Source: Patescibacteria group bacterium (GTDB lineage Bacteria; Patescibacteriota; Microgenomatia; UBA12405). Taken from it: a stretch of DNA of 64,000 nucleotides. The notes beneath the pieces are model-generated. The model saw only the letters and a program-made list of their open reading frames with translations, searched no databases and was not told the origin of the DNA. The first letter of the stretch is position 1. Each line of letters opens with the position of its first letter. The translations under genes and the position numbers were made by a program. Where the stretch lies: the NCBI GenBank assembly GCA_050943115.1, contig JBMNON010000002.1, positions 27,157 through 91,156 on the forward strand, written 5' to 3'. Below are positions 9,328 through 19,207 of this stretch, one piece after another.

Positions 9328-9863
9328 GCATGAATTTGAACCTGTTACCTAGCCAGGCTAAGTTTCAGGCTTTCAAGATCAAATTCAAAAAGAAAACAGT
9401 GATATTTGTATGGGGTTTGAGTGCTTTGTGGTTTGTAGTAACTTTAGTGATCTTTGGTATATGGTTTTTTACACAAGCTAACTATAAAAGAGAAGAAAAG
9501 TTGTACAACAGGGAGGTTGAGGCTTACAAAACTTTGTCAGATAAGGTGGTTTTAAGTGAACAAATAAAATATCGGGCAAAAATGGTGGGAGAAGTTTTGA
9601 GTAATAGGTTTGAATATGGAGAAGCTTTTTCAAAGATCAATAATTTATTTTCCGAAAATGTACTGATTGAGGATTTCAAACTGGAAGACAAATCTACTTT
9701 CAGTCTTGACGGTATGGTGCTGGGGAGTAACATTGACGAAGTTGAATTAAGGATCGAAGAAATTAACAATGGTGAGGTTGATGAATTTAAATCTGCAAAA
9801 ATTAAAGCTTTATCTCTTGACCAGCAAGAGTGGGATTTTGGTATGGAGGTAGTTTTGAAATGA
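9324..9863 (+). CDS. pilN: PilN-like protein
   Basis: N-terminal LNLLP PilM-binding motif, TM helix, coiled coil; follows pilM. Confidence 0.8.
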   Translation: MSMNLNLLPSQAKFQAFKIKFKKKTVIFVWGLSALWFVVTLVIFGIWFFTQANYKREEKLYNREVEAYKTLSDKVVLSEQIKYRAKMVGEVLSNRFEYGEAFSKINNLFSENVLIEDFKLEDKSTFSLDGMVLGSNIDEVELRIEEINNGEVDEFKSAKIKALSLDQQEWDFGMEVVLK

Positions 9864-10624
9864 GCAGTCTCAGCTTTGATATGCCGGATAAGATTTTTGG
9901 ATTTGAAAGTTCACTTTTAAAGTATTTCGCTCTTCCGGTGGTGTTGGTGGTACTAGTTTTTGTTAGTTTTTCTTTTGTACTACAACCGAAAATTGATGAG
10001 ATTAGTAAAATGAGGAAAGATATGATTTTGTTGAAGGAGCAAAAGTCGAAAATTGTGGAAAAGAAGAACTATTTATTATCTGTTGATGAAGATGAACTTA
10101 AGGAAAATGACAAATATTTGTCAAATTCGGTTCTTAGAGATAGAAATTCTTACTTTCTTGTCGGGGTAATAAGGAGGATTGCAGACAAACATTTATTTAT
10201 GGTGGATAGTTTTAATGTTTCCCCGGGAGAATTGGCAAAAGAAGATACGGCAAAGAAGAGCCAGACAAAAACTGGTTATACAAGTATTCCGGTTAAAATT
10301 AATCTTATTGGTCCCAAGAGCGAATATTTAAATTTGCTTTTGGCAATGGAAAAGAGTTTGCCAGTGTTGTCGATAGATAATTTTGATATGAAGCTAAAAG
10401 ATAATTTGGCTGAGTTAAGCTTAACCGTTTCATCATATTTTGTTGAAGCAAGAAAGGAAATGACATCGAATGATCTATCTTTGTCCGATCTGACCTTAAA
10501 TAAAACTGAGCAGGAACTTCTAAGCCGGATTGGAGAATTTGAGGATTATGCTTCGTTCGGACAAGTAGATATCGAAGGAAAGGAGTTTGTTGAGTACGAA
10601 AGAGGAAATCCTTTCAGTCTTTGA
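9860..10624 (+). CDS. pilO: PilO-like protein
   Basis: TM, coiled coil and ferredoxin-like C-domain; start at ATG 9860 (ATGA overlap); ends in RGNPF, reminiscent of the PilP RxPF motif. Confidence 0.7.
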   Translation: MSSLSFDMPDKIFGFESSLLKYFALPVVLVVLVFVSFSFVLQPKIDEISKMRKDMILLKEQKSKIVEKKNYLLSVDEDELKENDKYLSNSVLRDRNSYFLVGVIRRIADKHLFMVDSFNVSPGELAKEDTAKKSQTKTGYTSIPVKINLIGPKSEYLNLLLAMEKSLPVLSIDNFDMKLKDNLAELSLTVSSYFVEARKEMTSNDLSLSDLTLNKTEQELLSRIGEFEDYASFGQVDIEGKEFVEYERGNPFSL

Positions 10625-10841
10625 TTTCGAGGTTAAAGCGTTGATTAGGATAAGAGACGGTTAAGATGGTTCTGATAGCTTTAATGACCCGACCTTCTTT
10701 GCCAATAATTTGACCGATTACATCAGAGGGAGCGCTGACTTCAAGAATGGTAACCCCCTTTTCTTCCCTATCATCAACTGAAATTTGATCTGATGAATCT
10801 TTGAGGATTGATTTTAAAATATATTCTAAGGTTTCTTTCAT
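10614..10841 (-). CDS. khpA: KH-domain RNA-binding protein KhpA (YlqC)
   Basis: GQIIGKEGRVIKAIR motif; downstream of rpsP. Confidence 0.92.
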   Translation of the reverse strand: MKETLEYILKSILKDSSDQISVDDREEKGVTILEVSAPSDVIGQIIGKEGRVIKAIRTILTVSYPNQRFNLEIKD

Positions 10842-10843
10842 AG

Positions 10844-11197
10844 TTATTGTTGGTTTTCCGATTGGCTGTTTGTTTCAAGAGAAGCTTCTTCCCCTATTCC
10901 TTCTTGGCTTTCTTGTTTGTCTTCTTTGGTATCGGTTTTAGTTGTTTTACCGGACTTGGGTTTGTTAGGATATTTGTCAGGATTAAGGAGTTTGTCAACG
11001 CCGAGAGTAATTTGAGCACCTTTTTCCTGCCATTGTTTTAGCTTATCGCTGTCAATGTTTACGGTTTTTGTTTGGGGTGTGTAAAAGCCAATGTCATCAA
11101 CAAAGATTCCATTGACCTTACTTCTGGCTTCGGCAACAACGACACGAAAGGTTCGTTGATGTTTTTTGCCTCTAGGTGCGAGTTTTATTTTTAGCAT
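10844..11197 (-). CDS. rpsP: 30S ribosomal protein S16 with charged C-terminal extension
   Basis: MLKIKLAPRGKK...FRVVVAEAR...G.Y.P...KGAQ.T. Confidence 0.97.
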   Translation of the reverse strand: MLKIKLAPRGKKHQRTFRVVVAEARSKVNGIFVDDIGFYTPQTKTVNIDSDKLKQWQEKGAQITLGVDKLLNPDKYPNKPKSGKTTKTDTKEDKQESQEGIGEEASLETNSQSENQQ

Positions 11198-11205
11198 AAG
11201 GTGGA

Positions 11206-11916
11206 TTATACAAGACTTTTGAGAATTTTGGTAGCTTTAATCGAGGCTTTTTCTTCTGCTTCCTGCTTTGAGGAGCCTTTGCCGGAGGCGATTATTTCAT
11301 TACCCAGGTAAGCGGCGACTTCGAAAACTTTTTGGTGATCCGGACCGATTTCCTTTATAGTTTCATAATGAGGGGTAACCCCCTTTTTGGATTGGGCGAG
11401 TTCCTGAAATATGCTTTTTGGATCTTTGTATATTTTTTGCTGAGAGAGTTTGTTGAGACTGTCTATCAGAAAGGTATCAAGAAAGACAAAGGCAGCTTCC
11501 AATCCTCCGTCCAGGAAAATTGCACCCAAAAGAGCTTCAAAAGTATCGGCAAGAATTGAAGGGTTATTGCGGCCACCGTGTTTTTCTTCACCCTTAGAGA
11601 GGTAGACGTGCCTATCAAGGCCTATCGATTGGGTGGCTTGGGCCAAGTTAGGGGTTCTAACAACCAGTGCCCTAAGATTAGTCATCTGACCTTCGGGCAT
11701 AAGGGGAAACTTGCGAAATAAGTTGATGGAGCACCATAGTTCGAGAACGGCATCTCCCAAAAATTCATATCTTTCATTTGACTTTAATTTCAATTGTTTG
11801 TTTTCATTTAAGTAGGAACGATGCAACAAGGATTGGTGCAATTTCTTTTTATCCTTAAACTGGTAGCGGATTTGTTTTTCCAGTTCCTGGGTGTCAGGTT
11901 GTTGGTTTGGAGTCAT
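11206..11916 (-). CDS. rnc: Ribonuclease III
   Basis: NERYEFLGDAVL signature, LADTFEALLGAI, C-terminal dsRBD. Confidence 0.98.
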   Translation of the reverse strand: MTPNQQPDTQELEKQIRYQFKDKKKLHQSLLHRSYLNENKQLKLKSNERYEFLGDAVLELWCSINLFRKFPLMPEGQMTNLRALVVRTPNLAQATQSIGLDRHVYLSKGEEKHGGRNNPSILADTFEALLGAIFLDGGLEAAFVFLDTFLIDSLNKLSQQKIYKDPKSIFQELAQSKKGVTPHYETIKEIGPDHQKVFEVAAYLGNEIIASGKGSSKQEAEEKASIKATKILKSLV

Positions 11917-12280
11917 TTTTCACAATTAAATTTAAATCTTTGACAATACTTCCGAGGACCGCATTGACAAAAGAAGGACTTGATTCTGTTCCGTATTCTT
12001 TGGCAATTTCAATAGCCTCGTCGATAACTACTTTAGGTGGTGTATCTTGGTGGAAAAGTAACTCCCAACTAGCATATCTAAGGATACTCAGGTCGATTTT
12101 GTTAATTTTATCCAGAGGCCACTTAGGTGCATTTCTGGTGATAATGGGATCAATTTCGTCAATTTTTTCAATTACTTCACTAACTTCAGATATATTGTTA
12201 CGATTTCCGTAATTCCAGGCAAAAAGTTTTTGCATGGCTTTAATTCTTTTTATGTGTCTTGGATCTCGTCGATTTTTCAC
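11894..12280 (-). CDS. nusB: Transcription antitermination factor NusB
   Basis: DLSILR...VVIDEAIEIAKEYG...FVNAVL; GTG start overlapping rpmF stop. Confidence 0.96.
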   Translation of the reverse strand: MKNRRDPRHIKRIKAMQKLFAWNYGNRNNISEVSEVIEKIDEIDPIITRNAPKWPLDKINKIDLSILRYASWELLFHQDTPPKVVIDEAIEIAKEYGTESSPSFVNAVLGSIVKDLNLIVKNDSKPTT

Positions 12281-12429
12281 TGTTTACAGTTGACGCATTG
12301 AAAGCCGGCCATTTTGGGCTGGCCACAATGTTTACATAGAACAGTTTTTTGTAATTTTGGACCGGTTTGAGAAGCCCGTCTTTTTCCTTGACGGCGGCTT
12401 GAAGGCCAATGTTTAGGTAAGGCTGTCAT
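12277..12429 (-). CDS. rpmF: 50S ribosomal protein L32 (not in ORF track), Zn-ribbon type
   Basis: Translates to MTALPKHWPSSRRQGKRRASQTGPKLQKTVLCKHCGQPKMAGFQCVNCKQ; CxxC...CxxC. Confidence 0.92.
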   Translation of the reverse strand: MTALPKHWPSSRRQGKRRASQTGPKLQKTVLCKHCGQPKMAGFQCVNCKQ

Positions 12430-12472
12430 GTTGAGTATTTTAACCTATGTTTGTAGCTAAAACAATACTGAC

Positions 12473-14485
12473 TTAATTGTATATAAAGGATTGGGTAGCC
12501 TGGTGGGGGGAGGATAAGAGAGTTTTTATATCAAATTCCGGGTGTTTGGTTATTAACTCCTGCAGAATGGACTTAGACAGGCTTATAAGACGTAAATCCG
12601 AAATATTTGCCAGTCTTAGGGAGGGGTATCCGTGCTGCAGGGTGGAAAAGGCCTCTCCGGGACCTCTGGTTTTTAGATCGTATTCGGCAATTTTCAGGCC
12701 TTGGGTGTGTTTTTCTAAGTATTTTAGTCGGTCAAGCGACTTTTGATTATCTGACTGCGTAAAAAAATAGCAATAGCTTTGTTCCTGGCCGCGGCCTACC
12801 CTACCCCGGAGCTGGTGAAGTTGTGCAAGACCAAATCGATCGGCTGATTGAATAATGATAATAGTAGCATTGGCTACATCGATTCCAACTTCGATAATTG
12901 GAGTAGTGATGAGAATATTTATTTTATTGTTTCGGAATTTTTGGAAGACATTTTCCCTTTCAGCAGTTTTTGTTTTTCCGTGAACCAAGGCCAGCTTGAG
13001 GTTGGGAAATATACTTTTGGACAGGTAGTCAAATTCTTTTACGGCAGATTTGATTGATTCCATTGACTCGGACTCTTCAATGAAAGGACAAACGATATAG
13101 GCTTGTTGTTTGGTGTTTTTTATGTAGTTGTTTACCCAGTTGTAGCAGTTGGAAATTTTGTTATTGGGAACAAGAAAGGTTTTGATGGGTAACCTGTTTT
13201 GGGGTAGGGTGTCGATGCTTGAAAGATCGAGGTTGCCAAGTAAGGTAAGACTGATGGTTCGGGGAATGGGGGTGGCGCTCATGGTTATACAGTGGGGAGG
13301 TCTATCCAGGGAAGATAAAAATGACCTTTGTTTAACTCCAAATTTGTGTTGTTCATCGACTATTAATAATGCGATTTTGTTCTCGATACTTTTTTTGCGG
13401 TATATGGCAGCATGAGTACTAATAATAATGGCATTTTTGGGAATTTCATTAATATTATTTTTTGAGTTACCGGTAAGTAAAAGTATGGGGATTTTGTAAT
13501 TTTTAAAGAATTGTTGAAAGTTTTGATAATGCTGTCTTGCCAGGACTTCAGTAGGGGCCAAAACCAAGCTGACTGAATTATTGAGTGAAGCCAGTAGAGT
13601 CGAGAGCATGGCAATAATTGTTTTTCCTGAACCAACATCACCTTGAATCAACCTATTTGTCGGCTTGCAGGGTGATATAAGGTCTCCAAGGGTTTCCTGC
13701 CAGACTTTTACCTGAGAAGAAGTAAGTTTGAAAGGAAGATTTTGTATAAACTTTTTTATCGTATTCTTGATTTTGTCGTTTTCCACTAGAATAGTTCTGG
13801 GGGTTTTTGATACCCAGGCAGCTTTTTGAAGATATGACTGAGCCTGAAGTGATAGTATTTCATTAACACTAAGGCGAAGCCGAGCTTCGTTTAGCAGTTG
13901 ATCGTTTTTGGGGAGATGGATTTGCTGAAGAGAGGACCTTAGGCTTGGAAGTTGGTGTTCTATTAGAACGGTCCGGGGAAGATTATCGTGGATATCATTA
14001 ATAAGGTGGTCAAGGTTTTGCTGGATAGTTTTTCTAAACCACTTGGATGTAAGCCCTTGGGTTTCCGGGTAAACGGCAATAATTTTTCCGGTATTATATT
14101 TTCCGTATTCCGGAGATATTAGAGTAAATTTGTTTTGATAAACAGAAACGGTGCCGGCGAAACTATATATTTTGTTTGCTTCTATTGCTTTAGATAAATA
14201 TGGTTGGTTAAACCATATTATGTCAATGGAACCGGAAGAATCGACCACTTTGGCCTTTTGAATTTGCTTGTTACTTCTGGTGTGGATATTCTTAAGATAA
14301 GTTACTTTACCGGTAATGGTGACGTTGGTATTTTCTTCTATTTCTGAAATAGGAATGTTTTTAGAGAAATCAATATAGCGGTGGGGATAATGGAAGAGAA
14401 GATCGCTGGGGTTTTCAATACCGAGCCGGTTGAGTTTTTCAATAGTTTTGGGGCCTATACCCGGAATTTCAGTTAGCTTGTCCAT
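12473..14485 (-). CDS. recG: ATP-dependent DNA helicase RecG
   Basis: RLIQGDVGSGKT, DEQHKFGV, MSATPIPRT, QLHQLRGRVGRG. Confidence 0.98.
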   Translation of the reverse strand: MDKLTEIPGIGPKTIEKLNRLGIENPSDLLFHYPHRYIDFSKNIPISEIEENTNVTITGKVTYLKNIHTRSNKQIQKAKVVDSSGSIDIIWFNQPYLSKAIEANKIYSFAGTVSVYQNKFTLISPEYGKYNTGKIIAVYPETQGLTSKWFRKTIQQNLDHLINDIHDNLPRTVLIEHQLPSLRSSLQQIHLPKNDQLLNEARLRLSVNEILSLQAQSYLQKAAWVSKTPRTILVENDKIKNTIKKFIQNLPFKLTSSQVKVWQETLGDLISPCKPTNRLIQGDVGSGKTIIAMLSTLLASLNNSVSLVLAPTEVLARQHYQNFQQFFKNYKIPILLLTGNSKNNINEIPKNAIIISTHAAIYRKKSIENKIALLIVDEQHKFGVKQRSFLSSLDRPPHCITMSATPIPRTISLTLLGNLDLSSIDTLPQNRLPIKTFLVPNNKISNCYNWVNNYIKNTKQQAYIVCPFIEESESMESIKSAVKEFDYLSKSIFPNLKLALVHGKTKTAERENVFQKFRNNKINILITTPIIEVGIDVANATIIIIQSADRFGLAQLHQLRGRVGRGQEQSYCYFFTQSDNQKSLDRLKYLEKHTQGLKIAEYDLKTRGPGEAFSTLQHGYPSLRLANISDLRLISLSKSILQELITKHPEFDIKTLLSSPHQATQSFIYN

Positions 14486-14517
14486 GAGCTTATTTATGTT
14501 ATCATTTTACTGTGAAA

Positions 14518-14616
14518 ATGAAATCAAAGACGCTCAAGAAAGCTGTTCTGATAATCGGTATGGTAACATTACTATTGTCAGGTATTGCTCCCTTTTTAAG
14601 TGTTTTGATTAGATGA
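14518..14616 (+). CDS. Small single-pass membrane protein, 32 aa (not in ORF track)
   Basis: MKSKTLKKAVLIIGMVTLLLSGIAPFLSVLIR; basic N-terminus plus one TM helix; TGA overlaps the PBP ATG (ATGA). Confidence 0.65.
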   Translation: MKSKTLKKAVLIIGMVTLLLSGIAPFLSVLIR

Positions 14617-17315
14617 AAGAGCGGATTAGAATAAAACTAATTCAGGCCAAAAGAAAAATCCAGTTTATATTGCAAGATTGGAGGCAAAAGTTGGCAAAAA
14701 AGAACATATCCTTAAAGAATAAAAGATTATGGTATGGTATGTTTTTGGCGACTTTTATTTTGATTATTGTTGGTTTCATAGGAACTGTGACGGTTTTTGC
14801 CTGGTTTTCAAAAGATTTACCGACACCTTCTAAGGTGGTAAGGAGAGAGGGGTATTCCAGCCGTATTTATGATAGGAATGGTCAAGTGCTTTATGATGTT
14901 TATAAAGATGCCAAGAGAAGGCCGGTTACTTTTGACCAATTGCCGGATTATTTAAAGCAAGCAACAGTCGCTGTTGAAGACAAGGATTTTTATAATCATA
15001 AAGGATTTGACCCTTTGACACCTTTTAGGATTGCCAAAAACATAATATTCAACCAGAGGTTGATTGGAGGTTCGACACTGACCCAGCAGTTGGTAAAGAA
15101 TGTTTTGCTTACTCCGGAACGGAAGGTGACAAGAAAGATAAGAGAGTTAATTTTGGCAATCCAAATTGAAGCCAAGTATGACAAAGATGATATTTTACTT
15201 ATGTATTTAAATGAAGCTCCGTATGGTGGGGCAGCCTGGGGGGTTGGTAGCGGAGCTGAACAGTACTTCAACAAATCAGTTGCTGATCTTAGTTTGGCAG
15301 AATCGGTTATTTTGGCTGGTTTGCCGCAAAGACCGAATGCTTATTCGCCTTTTTCCAGTACGCCTACGGCTTATGTTGACAGAGCTTCTCACGTTTTGGA
15401 TCGGATGGAGCAAGACGGTTACATAAGTACCGAACTGAAAGAAAAAACTTTGGAAGAAATAAAAAACTATGTGTTTTATGATAATAAAACCTCGATAATT
15501 GCTCCACACTTCGTTTTTTGGGTGAAAGAGGAACTTGCCAAAAAGTATGGAGAGGATGTTGTTGAAGGTGGAGGCTTAAAGGTTTACACAACCCTTGATC
15601 TTGATTTACACAATGAAGTGCAAAATATCGTATCCGAAGAAATCGATAAGGCCGAGAAATTAGGAATAAGCAATGGAGCAGCTCTAGTGTTGGATCCAAC
15701 AACAGGAGAGGTTTTGTCAATGGTGGGTTCAAGAGGATATTTTTCCGACAAGACCAGTGGTAAGTTTAATGTGGTGACCCAAGGGTTAAGGCAACCGGGA
15801 TCAGCCATAAAACCAGTGACTTACCTGATGGGTTTAAGGAAGGGATATACGGCGGCTTCCCTGATTATGGATACACCGGTAACTTTTCCTGGCGGACCAG
15901 GTCAAAAGGACTATTCTCCTAAGAATTATAATGGTAATTATAACGGACCGATGTCCTTGAGGGATGCCTTGGGAAACTCAATAAATACGACAGCTGTTAA
16001 AATGTTGGCAAATGTGGGTGTCGAAAATATGTTGAGACAAGCTTATGAGATGGGCATGTCTACTTTGGAACCGACAAAGGAAAATTTATCCAGGTTTGGG
16101 TTGGCAGTAACTTTAGGAGGAGCTGAAGTAACTATGGCAGACATGGGCCAAGCATATTCTTCGTTTGCAAATGGGGGCAAGAAAGTTGATTTGGTTGGCG
16201 TGTTAAAAGTAGAAGATAGTAATGGAAGAGTTTTGGAAGAATATAAGCATGTAGAAGGTAAAAGTGTCATGAGTCCTCAGGAAGCATTCATAATATCACA
16301 TATTCTTTCGGATAATTCAGCAAGACAGTTGACTTTTGGATCTGTCAATGGATTAATAATTCCCAATTATCAGGTGGCTGTTAAAACTGGCACAACCAAT
16401 GATTTAAAAGATAACTGGGCAATCGGTTGGACGCCCAATCTTTTGGCGGTTGCTTGGGTGGGAAATAATGACAATACGGCCATGAGTAGAGTGGCTTCCG
16501 GAGTTTCCGGGGCAACGCCGATATGGAAACGGATAATGATGCATGAATTGCCCAACAGGCCAAAACAGGATTTTTCGATACCGGATAAGGTGGTCAATTT
16601 GGAAGTGGACAGGGTATCCGGATATTTAGCCCATGATGGATTTGAAACTAAACATGATTATTTTATTCAGGGTTTAGAACCCAAGGGACCAGATCCAATA
16701 CATTTAAAGCTAAAGGTATGCAAAGGAAGTTTTGGATTGGCCACTCCGGAAGATGTGGCCAGGGGAAATTATGATGAAAGGGAGTATTGGAAATTCAGAG
16801 AACAGGACCCGATTTCAACCGATGGGAAAAATCGGTGGCAGGAAGGTATCGATTGGTGGATCGGCACACAACCCGAGAAGGACAAGTACCACTCGCCTGA
16901 GGATTATTGTCGGGATGATGGGATGGTGGGTGTTGATTTCGAGAGTCCTTCTGATCATGCAACTGTTGGATCTACCTTTGATATCAGGATAAAGCCCGTT
17001 TCGGTAAAAAAAATAATCGAAGTGAAGTTGTGGGTGAATGGTGAAGAAAAGAAGGTTTGGTCAGAAAGACCGTATGAGGTTAGTATGAATTTGGCGGATG
17101 GTAAGTATACCTTAAAAACAAGAGTGGTTGACAAAGACGGAATGACGGGTGAGAGGGAAATAAGTGTGGGTGTAAATGTACCATGGGATTGGGAGCCTTC
17201 GCCGACATTGACACCGAGTCCGACAGCTGCACCAACTGTTAAGCCAAGCCCGACTGACGTAATAGTACCGACGGTAACCTTGATACCTACAAAAAGTGAC
17301 GAAGACGAAAACTAG
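14613..17315 (+). CDS. Class A penicillin-binding protein (PBP1A family) with C-terminal Ig-like domain and Pro/Thr tail
   Basis: GT51 motifs EDKDFY.H.G, GGSTLTQQLVKN, RK..E; transpeptidase SAIK, SIN, KTG. Confidence 0.96.
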   Translation: MKERIRIKLIQAKRKIQFILQDWRQKLAKKNISLKNKRLWYGMFLATFILIIVGFIGTVTVFAWFSKDLPTPSKVVRREGYSSRIYDRNGQVLYDVYKDAKRRPVTFDQLPDYLKQATVAVEDKDFYNHKGFDPLTPFRIAKNIIFNQRLIGGSTLTQQLVKNVLLTPERKVTRKIRELILAIQIEAKYDKDDILLMYLNEAPYGGAAWGVGSGAEQYFNKSVADLSLAESVILAGLPQRPNAYSPFSSTPTAYVDRASHVLDRMEQDGYISTELKEKTLEEIKNYVFYDNKTSIIAPHFVFWVKEELAKKYGEDVVEGGGLKVYTTLDLDLHNEVQNIVSEEIDKAEKLGISNGAALVLDPTTGEVLSMVGSRGYFSDKTSGKFNVVTQGLRQPGSAIKPVTYLMGLRKGYTAASLIMDTPVTFPGGPGQKDYSPKNYNGNYNGPMSLRDALGNSINTTAVKMLANVGVENMLRQAYEMGMSTLEPTKENLSRFGLAVTLGGAEVTMADMGQAYSSFANGGKKVDLVGVLKVEDSNGRVLEEYKHVEGKSVMSPQEAFIISHILSDNSARQLTFGSVNGLIIPNYQVAVKTGTTNDLKDNWAIGWTPNLLAVAWVGNNDNTAMSRVASGVSGATPIWKRIMMHELPNRPKQDFSIPDKVVNLEVDRVSGYLAHDGFETKHDYFIQGLEPKGPDPIHLKLKVCKGSFGLATPEDVARGNYDEREYWKFREQDPISTDGKNRWQEGIDWWIGTQPEKDKYHSPEDYCRDDGMVGVDFESPSDHATVGSTFDIRIKPVSVKKIIEVKLWVNGEEKKVWSERPYEVSMNLADGKYTLKTRVVDKDGMTGEREISVGVNVPWDWEPSPTLTPSPTAAPTVKPSPTDVIVPTVTLIPTKSDEDEN

Positions 17316-19207
17316 GTTAGGTTAAATGCTTTTAAGTGTTCCGATTTTGCAGTTTTATCGTCTGTGTTGTAGTAAGCGACACGAAAAGTGTAACGAAAGA
17401 TTTTATTGCGGGGGTCTTCAAATATATCGATAATATCCATTTGCCAAAGATATTTTTTGTTTATTATTTCACGGTATTTTGCAAGTAAATCTTGGGTCGA
17501 TTGGGGTTTGGACAAGGTGACGTTGGCATCCAGGGTGATAATCTGTTTTGTTAGTTCGTAGGATGTAGTCAATTTAGGGTCCTGGATCAGGAATTGGTGC
17601 TGTTTTTTCAGATATGTAAGGTCAACTGTTTTAAGAAGATTTTCCAGATCAATTTCTATATATAAATCCTGATTGTTGTTGGAAAACTGATTGTGGTTGG
17701 GAATTTTTACTTTAAGATTTTTAAATAGGGATCCCAAGTCTTTTATTAGTTGTATCTTAGATTGATGGTAAATACCAAGAGAGTACTTTTCGTGATAGTT
17801 ATCCCCTACCCTGTAGTATATTTTCCCAACTTCAAAGAACTGTTGCCGTGGTAATTTGAAGCGGTCATAGTAATCTTTTTGTTCCAAGAGAGATGAAATT
17901 AAACTGGCACGAAGAACCGGGTATTCAGAGTTTATGCTATTTTGGGTGTAGACAGGTTTTGAAGTTTTTGGGATAAAATCGGTTATCAGTGATCCGGGCT
18001 TAATTAAAGGCCAGGATCTAACTTCGTCGTAGCCGAGGTTGACTAGGATGTTTTTAACTGACTCGATAAGATAAAGAATCGGCGGAGTGATATCGGGCAG
18101 CGGAGAGGGAGATATTGGTTGATCTAGAGGAATTTTTTGATAACCCCAGAAGCGAATGATTTCTTCAATCAAGTCTTCTTCTATCGCCAGATCTTTTCTG
18201 AGTGTGGGAGGAGTAATTTTATAACAATCGTTTATTTTATCAATACTACAACCTAAAGATTGGAGGGTGTTAAGGGCAAATTCAGGGGGGATTGGTATGC
18301 CAGCAAACAGGGAAGGTTTGTCGGGGTTGAAGGGTATTGTTGGCAGAAAAGGTTGCTGGATGTAAATATCAGTGGTGTTACTGGTTACTGTGCCTCCAGT
18401 TAGTTGGGTAATTAAGTTTATAAGATGGTTGAAGGCCTGAGGGATTAGCTGTGTATCCAATTCTTTGTCAAGACGAATGCCGGCTTCGGTTATGACCTTA
18501 AGTTGCCTTGAATCAGATCTTACCCGAGAACGGTTATAAATTGCCATTTCAATTATCGTTTCAGTAGTATTGTTGCTTATACCGGAGTTTTGACCACCAA
18601 TGAAACTTAGGCTGAGGGGTTTTTTGGGGTTACTAATCAGTAGAGTGTCGGGTGTTAAATTGAGCCTGCTTCCATCCAGGGTGATGAAATCCTTATACTT
18701 ATCGTTGTTGTTTTCCCAGATTAGTTCATCACTGGTAACGGCAGTGTCGAAAGCGTGGCAGGGTATTCCGTAATAAAGCATGATGTAATTAGTCAGATCA
18801 ACGACATTATTAATGGCATTGATATCATGCTGTGCTAGGAGCTTTCTTAGCCACAGAGGTGATGGCTGTACTCTTATATTTGAAATCTTTACAGCCATAA
18901 CACGCTTAACATCTTTATCTGTAGTAATCCTGATTGGCAGATTATAATTATTTTGGGTTTTAAGAGGAGCTGGTGGAGGTAAGGTTAGAGTTTGATGGTA
19001 TAAAACCGAAAGCTCTTTGGCGATTCCATAATAAGACAAGGCGTCTCCCCTATTTTGTCGGATTTCAAGACTAATGACTGAGTCATTTTTATATTCACTG
19101 TAACTGTCCATGAAATGTCCGATCATAGTCAAGTCATTGCCAATGGCTTTTGGGCTAAGACTTAGTTGGGGAAGAAGTTGTTTTAGCTGAGAATAAACAA
19201 TTTTCAT
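17312..19207 (-). CDS. pheT: Phenylalanine-tRNA ligase beta subunit, shortened
   Basis: NRGDALS, INNVVDLTNY, R.DLAIEEDLIEEI.R; lacks the B2 OB-fold insert. Confidence 0.93.
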   Translation of the reverse strand: MKIVYSQLKQLLPQLSLSPKAIGNDLTMIGHFMDSYSEYKNDSVISLEIRQNRGDALSYYGIAKELSVLYHQTLTLPPPAPLKTQNNYNLPIRITTDKDVKRVMAVKISNIRVQPSPLWLRKLLAQHDINAINNVVDLTNYIMLYYGIPCHAFDTAVTSDELIWENNNDKYKDFITLDGSRLNLTPDTLLISNPKKPLSLSFIGGQNSGISNNTTETIIEMAIYNRSRVRSDSRQLKVITEAGIRLDKELDTQLIPQAFNHLINLITQLTGGTVTSNTTDIYIQQPFLPTIPFNPDKPSLFAGIPIPPEFALNTLQSLGCSIDKINDCYKITPPTLRKDLAIEEDLIEEIIRFWGYQKIPLDQPISPSPLPDITPPILYLIESVKNILVNLGYDEVRSWPLIKPGSLITDFIPKTSKPVYTQNSINSEYPVLRASLISSLLEQKDYYDRFKLPRQQFFEVGKIYYRVGDNYHEKYSLGIYHQSKIQLIKDLGSLFKNLKVKIPNHNQFSNNNQDLYIEIDLENLLKTVDLTYLKKQHQFLIQDPKLTTSYELTKQIITLDANVTLSKPQSTQDLLAKYREIINKKYLWQMDIIDIFEDPRNKIFRYTFRVAYYNTDDKTAKSEHLKAFNLT

